Source of the DNA: Octopus vulgaris
Taxonomy: Eukaryota
Assembly: GCA_951406725.2 (NCBI GenBank)
Contig: OX597814.1
Coordinates: 222,580,001 to 222,644,000, forward strand
Direction of reading: 5' to 3'
DNA length: 64,000 nt
Under the pieces are notes generated by a model that did no database searches, was not told the DNA's origin, and was given only the letters and a program-made list of their open reading frames with translations. The position numbers and the translations under genes are program-made. Shown piece by piece: positions 26,419 to 41,472 of the stretch (positions are counted from its first letter, which is position 1; each line of letters starts with the position of its first letter).

Positions 26419-27156
26419 GTACATACACAAACATACATACAGACACGCGCGAACATATTACATTTCGTAGTTTCACATATTCGGTTGCGTTTTGCGACGT
26501 AAATCTCTCATTTAATAGATTTTCATTAATTTTTATATTTGTAACCCGAAGCTTTTATTGTGGCATCCTTTAATTTTTTGCGTTTATCGCTTATTCTGCT
26601 GATAGCAATGATGTGTTGCATATGCATCTCTTTCCTCAAGTATCAAGTATGATAATGTTGCGTAAATAATTCCTTGTGATCCCAGAAAGGATCACACGTT
26701 GGTAACAAGATAAAACGAAATTCAATTTTCACATCTATTTCGTGACAAATGACGAAGTCACGGATGGCTGCCCCCAAGGAGTAACTACTGATATATAGCA
26801 CTGTGAATGACATGCTGAATGGTCGAAGCTATTTATTAATGATAAGGAGTATAGAATATTCTTGACGAATGACCTGAAGTGCTTAGAACTACAGATAATG
26901 GAATTATCAAATATCTATGGTGAATTCATCTCATTCTACTGCCACGCAGCACACACACACACACACACACATACACACACCACATACACATATACACATA
27001 CACATATTAGTGTACATTTATACACATGTATATGGTTACATGAAATATTGAGGTGTTTCATATAAGTGATATATTGCGCATTTTTACAGTGAAAATAAAA
27101 TGCGTACCATATGCATATACACACACATACATGGACGCCTGTGTAAGTGTATCAAT

Positions 27157-27162
27157 ATATAT

Positions 27163-27240
<78 letters not shown>

Positions 27241-27277
27241 GGATGGATGGATGGATGGATGGATGGATGGATGGATT

Positions 27278-27359
<82 letters not shown>

Positions 27360-27423
27360 TAGAGAGATAGAGAGATAGATAGATAGATAGAGAGGTAGAT
27401 ATGTAGCTAGCTAGCTAGCTAGC

Positions 27424-27521
<98 letters not shown>

Positions 27522-27522
27522 T
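27157..27522. repeat. Compound (GATA)/(GGAT)/(GACA)/(GCTA)n array
   Basis: Direct reading. Confidence 0.97.
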
Positions 27523-28249
27523 GATTCTTTATTAGCTACACAGGGCTGGACACAGACGGGACAAATTACAAAGTAGAGCTTTTCTTTTGGGGGAGAAAAA
27601 AAAAAGATAGATGGATAGATAGATACCTACATACATTCATGCATACATACATACATACATACATACATACATACATACATACATACATACATACATACAT
27701 ACATACATACATACATGCATACATATATAAATACATACATACACACATACATACGTATATATGTGCGTACATGCATATACAAAGAAATGACATTACGATG
27801 AAATGGAAAGGAATTCAGAGAGAAACAGAGTGTGTTTAAAGCATATTCTTTTCAATACATAGAAATCATTGTCATAAATATTCGAGTTTACTCTGAAACC
27901 TGAGATTACAAGAAAAATGACGACTGAATCTTCCCTTAGAAAACTTTTGGTCATAAAAAGAAAGGAAAACACAATAATCAGATATAGATTCGCAACTGTT
28001 TATTAAAAGATTCGCAGTGCAACAGGGTCGTACACATTTCAGTTTCAGATTCTTAATTTCTTTTTTTTTTTGTGACTATGGGCCGCGAACAGAGGACGCA
28101 GACGGTGCAGAGGATGCACTTGCACACCTAAACTTTTGTGGTGGATCTGGGGGTGTGGAAATTTCAATATTGCACACCAACATACCTTTCTCAGGCTTAG
28201 TGTTCAAAAATTGATCTGTATTCCTCTGAATACTACAAGTCACCATTCA

Positions 28250-30880
28250 TCCTCATTGACATCATCTTCTACTGGTACTAAACTTACCATAACTAAGCAA
28301 TAGCAACAACAAGACCAGCATTTGCAGTTACTCTTCAATGCTAGAACAACTGATGACCTATTAAACTCCACAATCAAGAACCCTTCACAGTGTAGCTATC
28401 CACTTCTTCAACCCCTGAATACCATAACTGGTCCATCATCATCACCGTCATCAAGTTCTACTGTTATTACCCTTTCCACAACTAAATTATAGCAACAATG
28501 ACAAGATCAGCCTTTTAAGTCACTCATCAATACTAGAACAATAGATGACCTATTAAACAACAGTCTCTAGCTCTTCTCCACAGAGCAGCCGCTGAAACTC
28601 TTCTCAGAATAACACAAGAGGTCCATCACCACCATTGTTATCCTATTCTAGTGTACTATAATTACCACTGCTACTACTTCAATTAATGAAGAACCACCCC
28701 TTACTTCACCCTCCACCTGAATCTGAATGTATACCTGACAGCTCCATGATAAATCTGCCAACTGTAAATAAAAGAAAATTATGAACACAGGAAACCCCCC
28801 TCCAAATATGCCGCTATTCTTAACGCGTGAGACAATGCATGTGCAGTGATTGTAACTTTACCCATTTCTGGGGACAAAGCTCACAATTCGTACAAGAAAT
28901 ACCAGCTAACGCCAAACCACACATTATCACCACTACCACCATCACTAAATGGTAAATCACACTTAATAGCTTCTACCACATGTAACCCGGAATCCTATAA
29001 TCTGTTGCTATCCCCAACTCAAAGGACTATGTCTAATGTATGACTGTACTTTCACTCATCTTCCAGAGACTTGATGCATGATCCCCCCAACCACCTTCAG
29101 ATCCACAGTAGAAACATCCCTTACAGTAGCAGACTTTTATCGAAACCAAGAAGTCACTCAGATATCTACTGGATACAATACTAAAATCGACAACCAGAAA
29201 CCACATAAATATAACCAAATTCAACAGTGCAACCATACCAACTCCAAACAACAACCCCTGCCAAAACAAGAAAATTATTTATTAGCGATGATGAATCTGG
29301 CAAAAGAAATAAAAAGAACTTCTAGCTCTTGTGCGGCACCAGCCAATGCTACTACCTCAGGAGACAACCACATCATTTCTGTCATTAACCCACAATCTCA
29401 ACTCAATCTCAATGTCGAATGTACAAGGACTTTCACACTTCCCAAATCGTACAAAAGTATCATATTTTTGAGACCTTGCACAACGAGAGAGATTTGAACA
29501 GCGAGAAAATCCAATATCTGTAGCACCAAGTGGAACACATCTGACCCCAGACATATTGGATGTGGAAGCACCTGTTAGGTTATACACTACTCAGAACCTA
29601 CTACAGAATATGGAAACAAGGAAAAATAGCGAGCTTAATCCAAGAAGACCTGGCAACAAATGTCTCCCTCTCCCACTCCAACACAGTGAGCGTTATAATG
29701 AATGTGATTGACTCTGATTTGATCAGAAGCATTACCTACTGTCTTCTTGATGTAGCCTACGGCGGAGATCACTTCAAAGATGCTTTGCTGCTCATAAGTC
29801 AAACTTCAAATGAAGCCAACCCACAGGCCAATGTACTTTTAGCAGGAGAATTTAATTTTCCTAGTCTCAGCTCGCCTGAGGGCTATATCCAACTTGAAAT
29901 TAAACAACTGAATAGGAAAGATATGAATGCCCTTCTCGATACCACTAAAAATTTCCTGATGCAACAAATCATTACCCGCCCAACCAGGTGAATGTTACAT
30001 ACTCGATCTAGTTTTTACCACCAATACAGATTTCACTCACAATGTTCGGATCATTCCCACAGCTATTTCCAACTACAACATTATACAAGTATTAAGGAGA
30101 TCAACTCACAAATAACATTAAACAACTCGCACAACTCTTTCATCCCCAGAACTCAACTGCAGAGGCACATCCTGCATCTGGACCATCTGGCTTAGATGCA
30201 GAGTTTCAATAATCACCCAGTCATACTTCTTAAAATGTGCAAAACCAGCCTTGTGGAGCCATTAAAGATACTATTTCAAAAGTTGATACATATCAGCGAA
30301 TTCCCAGAACTATTGAAAGAGACAATAGTAACACCTATAGGTTTGCAGCTAAAAATTAGTATTGTTTCTCTCAGATCTCACACATCTAAAATTATCAAAT
30401 GAATTTTTCGAAATAGAATTACTACATACCATGAGAAAAACAGCCACATAAATTCTATAAACCTTCGTGACAAGAGAACCAATAGTTAGGCAAACTGTGT
30501 GGAAAACCTGAGATCTGAACAAGTTAGAATACTGCTCAAAGCTTTGATCTCCTAACTCAACCGGTGTCATAGAAGAAACTGAAGGGTTACGAAGAACGTT
30601 CACCAGTAACCTATCTTTGGTTAAAAGCTTTACCTACTGCGAATATCGGAAATTGTTGCGATTCTACTATATTGAATGCTGTTCCAAATTTCAACATTAG
30701 AGGGAATTTTAACGCACGAATTGTTAGACACTTATCAGCTTCCAAATATACTACCGTTGAAATCACACGCAAAACTATGTATAGTAAGAGTCTATTTAGA
30801 GGTCCTTAACTGTTCAATTACCTGCCTAAAGTAGTCAAAATATCATAGGAACCTTTACTGAAACATTAAAAAAACATTTA
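28250..30880 (+). mobile_element. Decayed, internally deleted CR1-group LINE (ORF1, APE and RT remnants)
   Basis: CCCH-like ICRY..C..DCNFTH and C..LKGLC..DCTFTH; APE motifs THLTPDILD, LLAGEFNFPS, QIITRPTR..ILDLVFT; RT start ILLKMCKTSLVEPLKILF..IVTPI..VSLRSHTSK. Left boundary approximate; about 190-bp tandem duplication near 28290-28560. Confidence 0.8.
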
Positions 30881-31249
30881 GGTAACGTGAGGGGTACGCA
30901 AATAAAGTTCCAGTTTCATTATTACGGCTGCCGTTTAATGTATCTGAATAGTGAGTCAGATTTTCGGGGTTGCATCATAGTTATACCGATGTAATGTGGG
31001 ATAAATATAATTATAATATCAGGATAGAATTTATAACTATTTGATACATCGCTACGTCTGTTTCCACAGATCAGATGATTTTGACATCAGAGTCGGTATC
31101 TTTGTGGATATGTGTGTGCATGTATGTATATATATATATGCTGATATAACTATGAATGTGCGTGTGTATTTATGTACGTATGTATACGTTTTTCTATATT
31201 TATTAATCATTTTAATATTTGTGTAAACGATATTATTATTTCATAGCGG

Positions 31250-31450
31250 TAAGGCAGCGATCTGGCAAAAACTTGAGCTCGCGCGGTATTTCGTCTGTTC
31301 TTATGTTCTAAGTTCAAATTCCACCGAGGCCAACTTTGCCTTTCACCCTTTGGGCGTCGATGTATTAAGTACCAGTGAAACACTTCAGTTGCTGCAATCG
31401 ATTTACCCTCTCACCTACAATTACTGGCCTTGTGCCAAAATCTGAAACTA
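31250..31450 (+). mobile_element. SINE family B, diverged single unit
   Basis: aaggcagcgatctggcaaaa..gtatttcgtctg..agttcaaattccaccgagg. Confidence 0.8.
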
Positions 31451-31451
31451 T

Positions 31452-31881
31452 AGGCGCAGGAGCGGCTGTATGGCAAGTAACTTGCTTACCAACTACATGG
31501 TTCCAGGTTCAGTCTCACTGCGTGGCACCTTGTGCAAGTGTCTTCTACTATAGCCTCGGGCCGACCAAAGCCTTGTGAGTGGATTTGGTAGACAGAAACT
31601 GAAAGAAGCCCGTCGTATATATGTATATACGTATATGTATATATGTATATGTATATATATATGTGTGTGTATGCGTCTGTGTTTGTCCCCCTTCCTACAT
31701 CACTTGACAACCGATGCTGGTGTGTTTACGTCACCGTAACTTAGCGGTTTGGCAAAGAGACCGATAAAATAAGTACTAGGCTTCCAAAGAATAAATCCAG
31801 GGGTCGATTCGCTCGACTAAAGGCGGTGCTGCAGCATGGCCGTAGTCAAATTACTGAAACAAGTAAAAGAGTAAAGGAGTA
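31452..31881 (+). mobile_element. SINE family A, full length, abutting a family B copy
   Basis: Homologous to 15567-15988. Confidence 0.9.
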
Positions 31882-32306
31882 TCTTTTATAGTGCTAATAG
31901 TAAAGAGTAAGATTGAATGAATGGTGGTGAATATAAAAGTGAGAGAGATTTGAGGCTAGAACGAAAACATTGTTGTATATCTTGTGTTCCCATTTTGATA
32001 TTTATTTGATGGCAGTGGTGGTGCATAGCGTGTTTATATGTGCCGTCGCGCGCTTGCTTCAGTGTCTGTATACGCGTGTGTCTCTGCATAAACCAGTAAA
32101 AGTTGTTGCCAGAATTATAGTTTGCTAGGAGAAATATATAATTTAATGAAACGCATAGAGAGGAATAACAAGAGTATTATATTGAGCGAAGTGAAACAGA
32201 AAATATTGCGGAATATACAGAACGAAGAGGAAAATGCGGAGGATAAACAAAAACATATACACACCTAAAATAAAGCGAATATCTTTAAGCACAAACAAAA
32301 ACAATC

Positions 32307-32346
<40 letters not shown>

Positions 32347-32574
32347 GCGCAAACATGCACAAATTTATACTGGTACGTATATGTGCGTGTACGCGTGCGT
32401 AAAATATGCATAAATGTGGAGGATTTCAGAAAAAACAAAGATGGAGAAACAGATATAATGCATAATAGAGAAGATCAAGCAATTAAAGGATTCAGCGATA
32501 GGAGAACGGTAAGAAGAAAGAGAGAAAGAGAAATGACAGAAAGGGATTCAACGAGCTAAAAATGACTGACATAG

Positions 32575-32638
<64 letters not shown>

Positions 32639-33399
32639 ACACAAGGTGGAGTCTAGTAGAACATACAGGTATAGTCAAAAGATCAGTCATATGTTTGAAT
32701 TTTTATTATAAAGAAATTTTCAATACTGGGTATATAGAAGGTGGATAGACGGCATTTAAAATTGAAAGTATGACATTTTATGAGGGCTTTTTAATAGACA
32801 AGTATGTGTACTTACATAAACATTGAGAATAGAATAAGATGAGGAAGAAATGATGACGACGAGGGAGAGGAATATGTAGAAGAAAGAGAAGAAGAAGAAG
32901 AAGAAGAAGAAGAAGAAGAAGAAGAAGAAGGAGAAGAAGAAGAAGGAGAAGAAGAAGAAGAAGAAGAAGAAGAAGAAGAAGAAGAAGAAGAAGAAGAAGA
33001 AGAAGAAGAAGGAGAAGAAGAAGAAGAAGAAGGATAACAATAATGACAATGACATCAATAATGATGATATTGATGTGAAAAATGACATATGTAGATGAAA
33101 TAATGCAATATCACGGACCAAAAATGGCATCGTTAAGATGACTTGAATGCAAAATATTAAAATTAATAATTATACCTCGTTTTCTTAATCTGATAATAAA
33201 ATATTAATAAGCACCAAATTAGTTTTTAAACCGAAAGCTTGCTTGGATCATTATTTTAACATTAACAAATATGTTAATTATTGCAAACCTTTAATAGCTC
33301 TGAGTTATTACAGCGCAAATTCTCAGGTCTTTGTTGCATATACGTATGTATGTATTTATATAAACATATGTAAATATATTTGCACATATAGAAATATAT

Positions 33400-33634
<235 letters not shown>

Positions 33635-33653
33635 AATATATATATTTTATTAA

Positions 33654-33784
33654 CACAAGGTGATTCCAAAAGTCGCCATACACAAGAACAATTTACTTTA
33701 TTTATAAGAAACAATTTTTTTATTTAAGTATTTCTTATAAAAAATATATCTTTCCTATGTATGGTGACTTTGAATCACCCTGTG
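33654..33784. mobile_element. About 130-bp MITE with Tc1/mariner-like TIRs
   Basis: cacaaggtgattccaaaagtcgccatac ... gtatggtgactttgaatcaccctgtg, followed by TA; inner pair ttataagaaa/tttcttataa. Confidence 0.7.
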
Positions 33785-33785
33785 T

Positions 33786-33902
<117 letters not shown>

Positions 33903-34358
33903 GTGTGTGATATATGCATCTATGCATACAGAAAACACACACACATACGGCTACGATTGAATATACTTCGCTATTATAGTGAAATATTTTAGTGAAAATA
34001 ATCACATGTAAAGCGATAACTCATATTTGCATACATGTGTTTGCGCATGAGCGACAGTGTAAGAGCGTAATATCTTATATGGACTGTGCTTATATGTGAG
34101 CATAAAATATTCTTCAAGACTTTGCTCTGGGAATTTTATTAGTTTTCATTGATATGCTACCATAGCAGTTGATGCTAAAACGATAGAAATAGTTTAATAA
34201 CGGCGCCAGTGTCCTATATTATGTGGATTCTTTCAATATTCTAAGTAAAAATACAGCAGAATTTGATTAACCTTTGCCACCATAATGAAGCATAAGAGAA
34301 CTTTCAAATAGGAAATATGTTGAATACAATAATTCTTGCGACTTTACAATTTTTATTA

Positions 34359-34773
34359 AGACGCAGGTATGAGTACGTGGCTAAGAAGATCGCTTTGGAA
34401 CATCGTTTTTCTTCGGCTTAGACCCACTGCGCAGCGTTTCAGAAATTGTCATATACTATGACCCCGGACCGACCAAAGCGTTGTGGGAGAATTTTGTGGA
34501 CGGAAACTATGTAGAAAACCGTTGCATATGTATGTGTTTATGTGTGTGTGTGACAGTCTTTTTGCTTGTGTTTGCCCACCACTATCACCACCGATTGATA
34601 ATCGGTGTTGCTTTGTTTGCAACACAACGACATAGTGGTTCAGTGTTAGACAACGATTAAATATGCACCAAATCTAAAAATGAAAATAAATACTGTTTTC
34701 GATTTGCTCGACTAAGACCTTGCACGTGGTGCACCAGCATGGATGCAGTTCAATGACTGAAACAAGTAAAAGA
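34359..34773 (+). mobile_element. SINE family A, old diverged copy
   Basis: Collinear motifs ccgaccaaagc.ttgtg, gacggaaact, ccagcatgg, aatgactgaaacaagtaaaag. Confidence 0.75.
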
Positions 34774-34870
34774 GGACAAAATGCAAGCAGCTGTAGTGAG
34801 AAGTGGTTTGATATACTTCATCGAAAATAAAACATGGTGTGTCCTTTTACTTTATAATGTTCAATCCTTT

Positions 34871-35452
34871 AAGGCGGCGAGCTGGCAGAAACGTTAGCAC
34901 GCCGGGCGGAATGCTTAGCCGTAATCTGTCTGCCGTTACGTTCTGAGTTCAAATTCCACCGAGGTCGACTTTGCTTTCATCCTTTCGGGGTCGATAAATT
35001 AAATACCAGTTACGTACTGGAGTCAATATAATTGACTTAATTCGTTTGTCTCTCCCTTTTTTGTCCTCTCTGTGTTTAGCCCCTTGTGGGTAGTAAAGAA
35101 ATAGGTATTTCTTCTGCCGCTACGTTCTGAGTTCAAATTCCGCCGAGGTCGACCTTGCCTTTCATTCTTTCGGGGTCGATAAATGAAGTACCAGTTTCGC
35201 ACTGGGTTAGATATAATCCACTTAATCCGTTTGTCTGTCCTTGTTTGTCCTCTCTATGTTTATCCCCTTGTGGCTAGTAAAGAAATAGGTATTTCGTCTG
35301 TCTTTACGTTCTGAATTCAAATTCCGCGAGGTTGACTTTGCCTTTCATCCTTTCGGGGTCGATAAATTAAGTACCACTTTCGTACTGGGGTCGATTTAAT
35401 CGACTGGTCCCTACAAAAAATTTCAGGCCTTCTGCCTAGAGTAGAAAAGAAT
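34871..35452 (+). mobile_element. SINE family B, head plus 3 tandem units
   Basis: Unit starts at 34921, 35105 and 35289 (period 184); flanked by TSD-like ttcaatc(c/a)tttaag. Confidence 0.9.
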
Positions 35453-36616
35453 TTTCAATCATTTAAGTGTCTTCTTTATATTCTCCATTCGTCAATTTAT
35501 ATTCAACTGGTAAATCCTGTATCAATGTCACCATCATCAAAACAACGTGGTGGGACATTTCAGTATCAAAGTTATAAATGCTTTTTATACCTTACTACAG
35601 AAACATAGAGAATTCTAAGAAAGGTTAGACTCAGAATAAATGAGGCATGATCACTCTTTCTTCATTGAAAACCTCAAATTAATTATTTGGACTTTGATTT
35701 CTCTACAATTTAAACTAAGTTGTATTAATATACGGAGACTTTTCAATGCAATATATTGATTTCTGTCGAGTGCTGAGGTTGTGGCTTGTCAAAAGAAATC
35801 AATCATAATTAAAACGTTGAATATAGAAAGAAATTCTGTATATTATTGGGTCTCTCCCCACACTCTTTCTCTCTGTCTGGTATAGCTTTCTGATATATAT
35901 AAAAGTGACTTATATGTAATTATAAGCTTACGTAATAGACATACGACCACGGCAAATTTAAATATCTCAACGTAGTTTGAAAAAAAGGGACGAACATCTG
36001 CAATTGATTTTCGACTCTAATTGTCGTCGCATCTATGATGTTTACATGACTTAACCAAACCGAAAGTAACTAACAGTCAAACCGTCTATATACACAATCC
36101 AGTGGGTTCAGAGAAATGGAGCCACTAACTCGCATACTATGTTTAACACATTTTTAGCATCAGCGGTCTGTCAAGAGAGATCCAAGAATTTAGGTACGTT
36201 ATATGAACATGCATATATATGTGTAAATATATTTGCATATATACTCATTTTGTATATGGTGGGTAGCCTTCGAAAGTTCGATGATTATCATTCATTGTTC
36301 GATAAACATAATCAACGGCCCCTCAATAAAAGGGTGTTGGTGTTGGTCAGTTCCACAGACACATTTACCCTTAACATAATTCTAACTTTCAACCTACATA
36401 ACACACTAAATAACAAAGGTACACTTCTTTTCAATTACAGATACAACCCAATCACCTGTGCAATTTAACTTACAAGGTATGTTCAATTCGAGGCTATAGA
36501 AAATGAGATTTGCCCAAGAGATCACAAAGTAGATGTGAACCCTGGGCCGCGTAGGAGCTTCGATCATTCAGTTGTACACTACCTTATAATCTTACATCGC
36601 TGTCTATCTCTCCATT

Positions 36617-36659
<43 letters not shown>

Positions 36660-38660
36660 CCATGTGTGCATGTGTGTGTTTGTGCGTATGCGTGTGTGAG
36701 TGCATGCACGTGTATATGTATATATAAATGTATACGTATTTCTATATATATATGCGTACATATAAATGGATAGATAGCTAGACATATATGCATATATATG
36801 TGCGCGCGCGCGCGCGCGTGTGTGTGTCTGTGTGTATGTTTGTGTGTGTATGTGTGTAAAAATTATGGCCATGTATGTTTGTTTTTCAATGAATTTGCAT
36901 TTCAAACATATTTCAATAAATATATCTTTTTTTGTGCCTTGATATTTTAAGGGTCAAATTTCTGGGGAATCAACTTAAATATTCGATTTAAATCTGTTAC
37001 AGCTTAAATTGTATAAATTCCACATTTACTTCTTGTTATTATTATCAGTACTTTTCACGCTTTCGATTTTCTATCAGTTATTTTTTCGTTCGAGTAACTC
37101 TGATCGAGCAGACCCATGATAAAAATATTCTACCCGTGACAATTGCATTTCCTTTCTTATTTGTTAGACATAGCAGTTTTACGACTAGTTTAATGTGATA
37201 TGTTACTTCAGGTGTAATCCTTAATGCGACATTGAATTAGATACCATTTTGACAGAAACCATTAGCATTTCTCTCTTTCTTTCTAACGGTTTTGCTACAT
37301 CACAGAAAGGAAATTACTTATTAATTTTTGCTCTTTTTATTTGGTTGCAAGCATTACTATAGTTAGCATAGGAATTAATACAGTATTGATTATGTCTTGT
37401 TTTCCAAATACTGATGTAACTTTTGTAATCGCTGTTGTTTCTGCTATTTCTGTAGTTTTTCAGTCATTGCTGCTTTCTATATTACAGCTTTCCAACTTTA
37501 CGGTGTTCCTCTTATTTATTCGACTTCCATTTTCTTTTATTCAAACGAACGCATTGCAGAATCTCTTAAATATTTGATTCTCATCAAAAGGGAAGAAAAA
37601 ATGCCCTAAATTCTTTCTAATCCTTTAAATCGCTTTGATCATTATATTTACGTTAGTGACGGTGGGAGTGAAAACGACACAAAGGAGATTAAGTGGCTTA
37701 AAATATCTGACGTGTTTTTGTATACACACATGCGCACACAGACATAACACTCACACTGTGATTGCTACATCTACCATAGATTCTTATAGTGATATTTACC
37801 ATTGAAACAACAATACCCACACTAATAATTCTAGTTGCGCTCATTTTCGATTTCCTATATTGGAAAATATCTTGAGAAATTTTAGAGGAAAAGAAATGAG
37901 AAATTCTAAAATTGATGAGTTTTATTAAAGTAAATAACAACCGTATTGTAGCCTCTGTTTATTTGGTAGTTGTGTTGGCATTCACCTGAAGCGATTGCAA
38001 CAAGAAAATAAACAGTATGAAGAACAGAAGCAAAACTTGGTGATGTCAGACATGCGACACGGGATTTTTAGCCACTCGTGATTCTGAAAGTGGACACCAA
38101 GCGACAAGTAATTATCGATTCATGAATTGATCGAACAGATCTACGTTTACAGCTGCCCTCCTTACACTTCACGTTTCGCTGAAGAGGTTCTGCAGTAATT
38201 GCACTGTGAATGAGTTTGCAACGATGACGACGGGTTGTGTGTCCAACCCAACAGTCAACACTTCGTGGTAAATTTCCAAAGTTGGTACCACTTACTCCAG
38301 TTTCTGATAGTCGCTGTGTGTTCTGTATTAACCCAATAATATTCACTGCCATCAGCACGAGCTAAACGAGCCGTGTGGTTTCTGATTACTTGGCAGGATA
38401 TTCAGTAATTAAAATTACTTTCTAATTGATTTAACCCAAATTTCGTACATTTTCGGATGAACAAGAAACAGAATAGAGGGATACTCATGAGCTCTCACAA
38501 GAATAAGGAAAAAGCAAGAAGCTCGACATTTTTCAACCAACATTCTTTTACATGGGTATTCCTCAAGATTTTTATTCAGTAAGATCGCAATATGTCTAAT
38601 CAATTAGAGAAAAATATTATTGTGATTCATACTTGTGTTAGTAAGGTGCTATTCTTAGCC

Positions 38661-38804
38661 CGAGTTCGACTTTGCCTTTCATCCTTTCGGGGTCGATAAA
38701 TTAAGTACCAGTTACGCACTGGAGTCGATATAATCGACTTAATACCTATGTCTGTCCTTGTTTGTCCCCTCTGTGTATAGCCCCTTGTGGGTAATAAAAA
38801 AATA
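38661..38804 (+). mobile_element. SINE family B, 5'-truncated, with 13-bp TSD
   Basis: GCTATTCTTAGCC at 38648-38660 and 38805-38817. Confidence 0.9.
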
Positions 38805-40790
38805 GCTATTCTTAGCCATTGTATGTGTACATGCAAACATAGTGAAAACTATTTGTTTATGTTTACATGCATATGTGTTTGTGTGTGTGTATTCGCGTAA
38901 CTGCGCGTATATGTGTTTGAGGGTCCTTGAGTGTATGAGTGCGTATGTGTGTGTGCGTGTGTATGTGTAGGTAGCTTGTGTCGTTCCACATTGCAACCAG
39001 ATACAGGACTATTTTTACGCCAGTATCATAATGCTATCATGCATTTGTAAGAATGTAAACGTTACTTAGGATCTAATAATACTGATTTAAGATGTGATGA
39101 ATGATAATATCCCTTGTATTTCTACAAAGATAATAAAGGTACCACCGAATGTGTACCGTACATGGATCAATAGATTACAATAAGTTTTTCTTAAATAAAA
39201 TATTGTCGTTAACAATTTACGTTAGAATGCGATTCTAAATGACTTGGAAGTACTGAGCAAATATTTAACACCGAATATTTTTTTCGCTTTTACCTCCAGC
39301 CGGTTGATAAGGTGATTACTTTTGGATAAAGTGTTACTTTATAGTACAATAGGTTAGATATTGCTGTGTTTTCTGCTCAACGACATGTTTCTGTTTAAAA
39401 TTTATGCTCCATACAATATCACTGCATAACAATGCTAAACTTTTACACAAATATACACTAAATTGTTATGAAGTATGTATCCTTTAATTCGTTTCGTAAA
39501 TAAATGATTTGTAGCTATGTAATTTCTTAAACGTAATATGTTGAATAGAACTCGTAAAAGAATATGGTTGAATAAGCAAATGATAACCCCTTCTGCATGC
39601 AAAACAATTGTTTTTATCACTAGTTGTACATAACTATCAAAGCGTGACGTTTTAGGCTTGCTTTGTTTCCTGATTGGAAATATTGTAATTATACTACAGG
39701 TCATGAATCTGGATCAGTTCCTACTCCGAACAGCACACGAAATTCCTTTCCTTCTGCATGAACCTATTCGAGCTGACTCCACTCTGTGAATGCTATTGAT
39801 ATAAAGGGACTCAGTCCAGTTTCTTTACTCACAATCCGATTTCTTCATCTTTAAAATTTAAAATACATTTTCACGTACGAAAAAAGTCAACCATAATGTA
39901 CTTGAGGAATAGTAAAGGCTTACAAAAGTGTTAGAATACCAGTCTTAGCACATTTAATTCCTTATCCCAATATCTCGTGTACACATGAAATCTGTATTGA
40001 ATTTCCTTTTCATGTCTCCTGAGTAGATGAAGGACACGTTTGTGGAGTAAAACAACATCAATAAGTTACTGGGTTTTTTATTGTGCTGATAGTAAAAGAA
40101 AGAATACGAACGGTGACGGCGAAATATGTTTCTTTGGGAATGGGACAAAATGTGAACACTGAACTGCAGAAATCTCAAGAACAAAACAAACATGTAAAAT
40201 AACTTACAAAATTTATTCTTACGTTAGACTTTCCAAAATTCTCCATAACTAACATACATAAATACATCAATTTGTTGGGAATATACCAAACACTTGCATT
40301 CACTTTATTGATGTGTGTGTGTGTGTGCTTTCAGGAATTTTACGAGTATTCGACGATGAATGAGTAAGTTCGTCTAGTGTGTGTTTTGTTATATACATTT
40401 TTTCGACTTCAATACGGTGTAATTCCCGAGATCTCTGCAGTTCCGAGTTCACATTTAGTCCCATTCCCCCAAAAAATACCTTTCGACATCACCATCAGTA
40501 TCATTGCAATTCCTATCAACACAAGAAAAACCAGTAACCTATTAAAGTTGTATTACATATCTTTTGTCCCTCCCAACTAATTCATGCGGAATCTTACGCT
40601 TAATCGGCCACTTGTCACATCTAATTTGGTTTAATTATTTTTCACATGGTGTGTCAGGTCACGGGAAGCACGTATCAATTATGCAGATGTCAAGAATTTC
40701 CTTTTAAATAACATAAAAGGACTTACGCTTTCCCTAACCCACTCCTTCCCTTGTCTGACAGACACACGCCCACACTGATGTGTGCTTATG

Positions 40791-40824
<34 letters not shown>

Positions 40825-41115
40825 CATGATATTTGTAGACAAACCAATCCCATATATGCACATATGTATACATTCATATATATGTATATATGTATGTATA
40901 TATATATATATGCATATATACACATCCACGAATACACATTTATATGCATATATATATAGATATGTATATACATATATATACATATATATATATACATATA
41001 TATACATATATATATAGTCAATCCAGGCAAGAACAAGCAAGAAAAACAACAACGCGAGGACGTGAAACAAGTAATGTGTTATTGGACGTTCAGGAAAGGA
41101 AAGAAAAGAAACAGA

Positions 41116-41150
41116 ATTTCACGTTTCGAGCGGAGCTCTTCATCAGAAAT
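41116..41150 (-). ncRNA. Minimal hammerhead motif (GUG triplet, likely inactive)
   Basis: - strand ATTT-CTGATGA-A-GAGC-tcc-GCTC-GAAA-C-GTG-AAAT, in an insert of about 200 bp (41017-41212) between (TA)n and (CA)n. Confidence 0.75.
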
Positions 41151-41321
41151 ATTGAAAAAGTTCAAAGAAGGGAAGACGGAGAAAGAAAATTGCCAACAGT
41201 ACACACGCGGTCACACACACACACACACGCGCGCGCGCGCACACACACTCACGCACACACACATACACACACATATATGCATATATATATATACATATAC
41301 ATACATACACATACATCATAT

Positions 41322-41355
<34 letters not shown>

Positions 41356-41405
41356 GTCATTTATGCATGTATGCATGTTTCTATCTATCTATCTATCTAT
41401 CTATC

Positions 41406-41472
<67 letters not shown>

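Noticed and set aside
34921-35452. Regularly spaced repeats as a CRISPR-like array
   Set aside because: Whole 184-bp units repeat with no unique spacers; eukaryotic SINE.
38068-38400. Non-repetitive ORFs, including ADGSEYYWVNTEH (WW-like)
   Set aside because: Motif spacing is wrong and there is no good splice acceptor.
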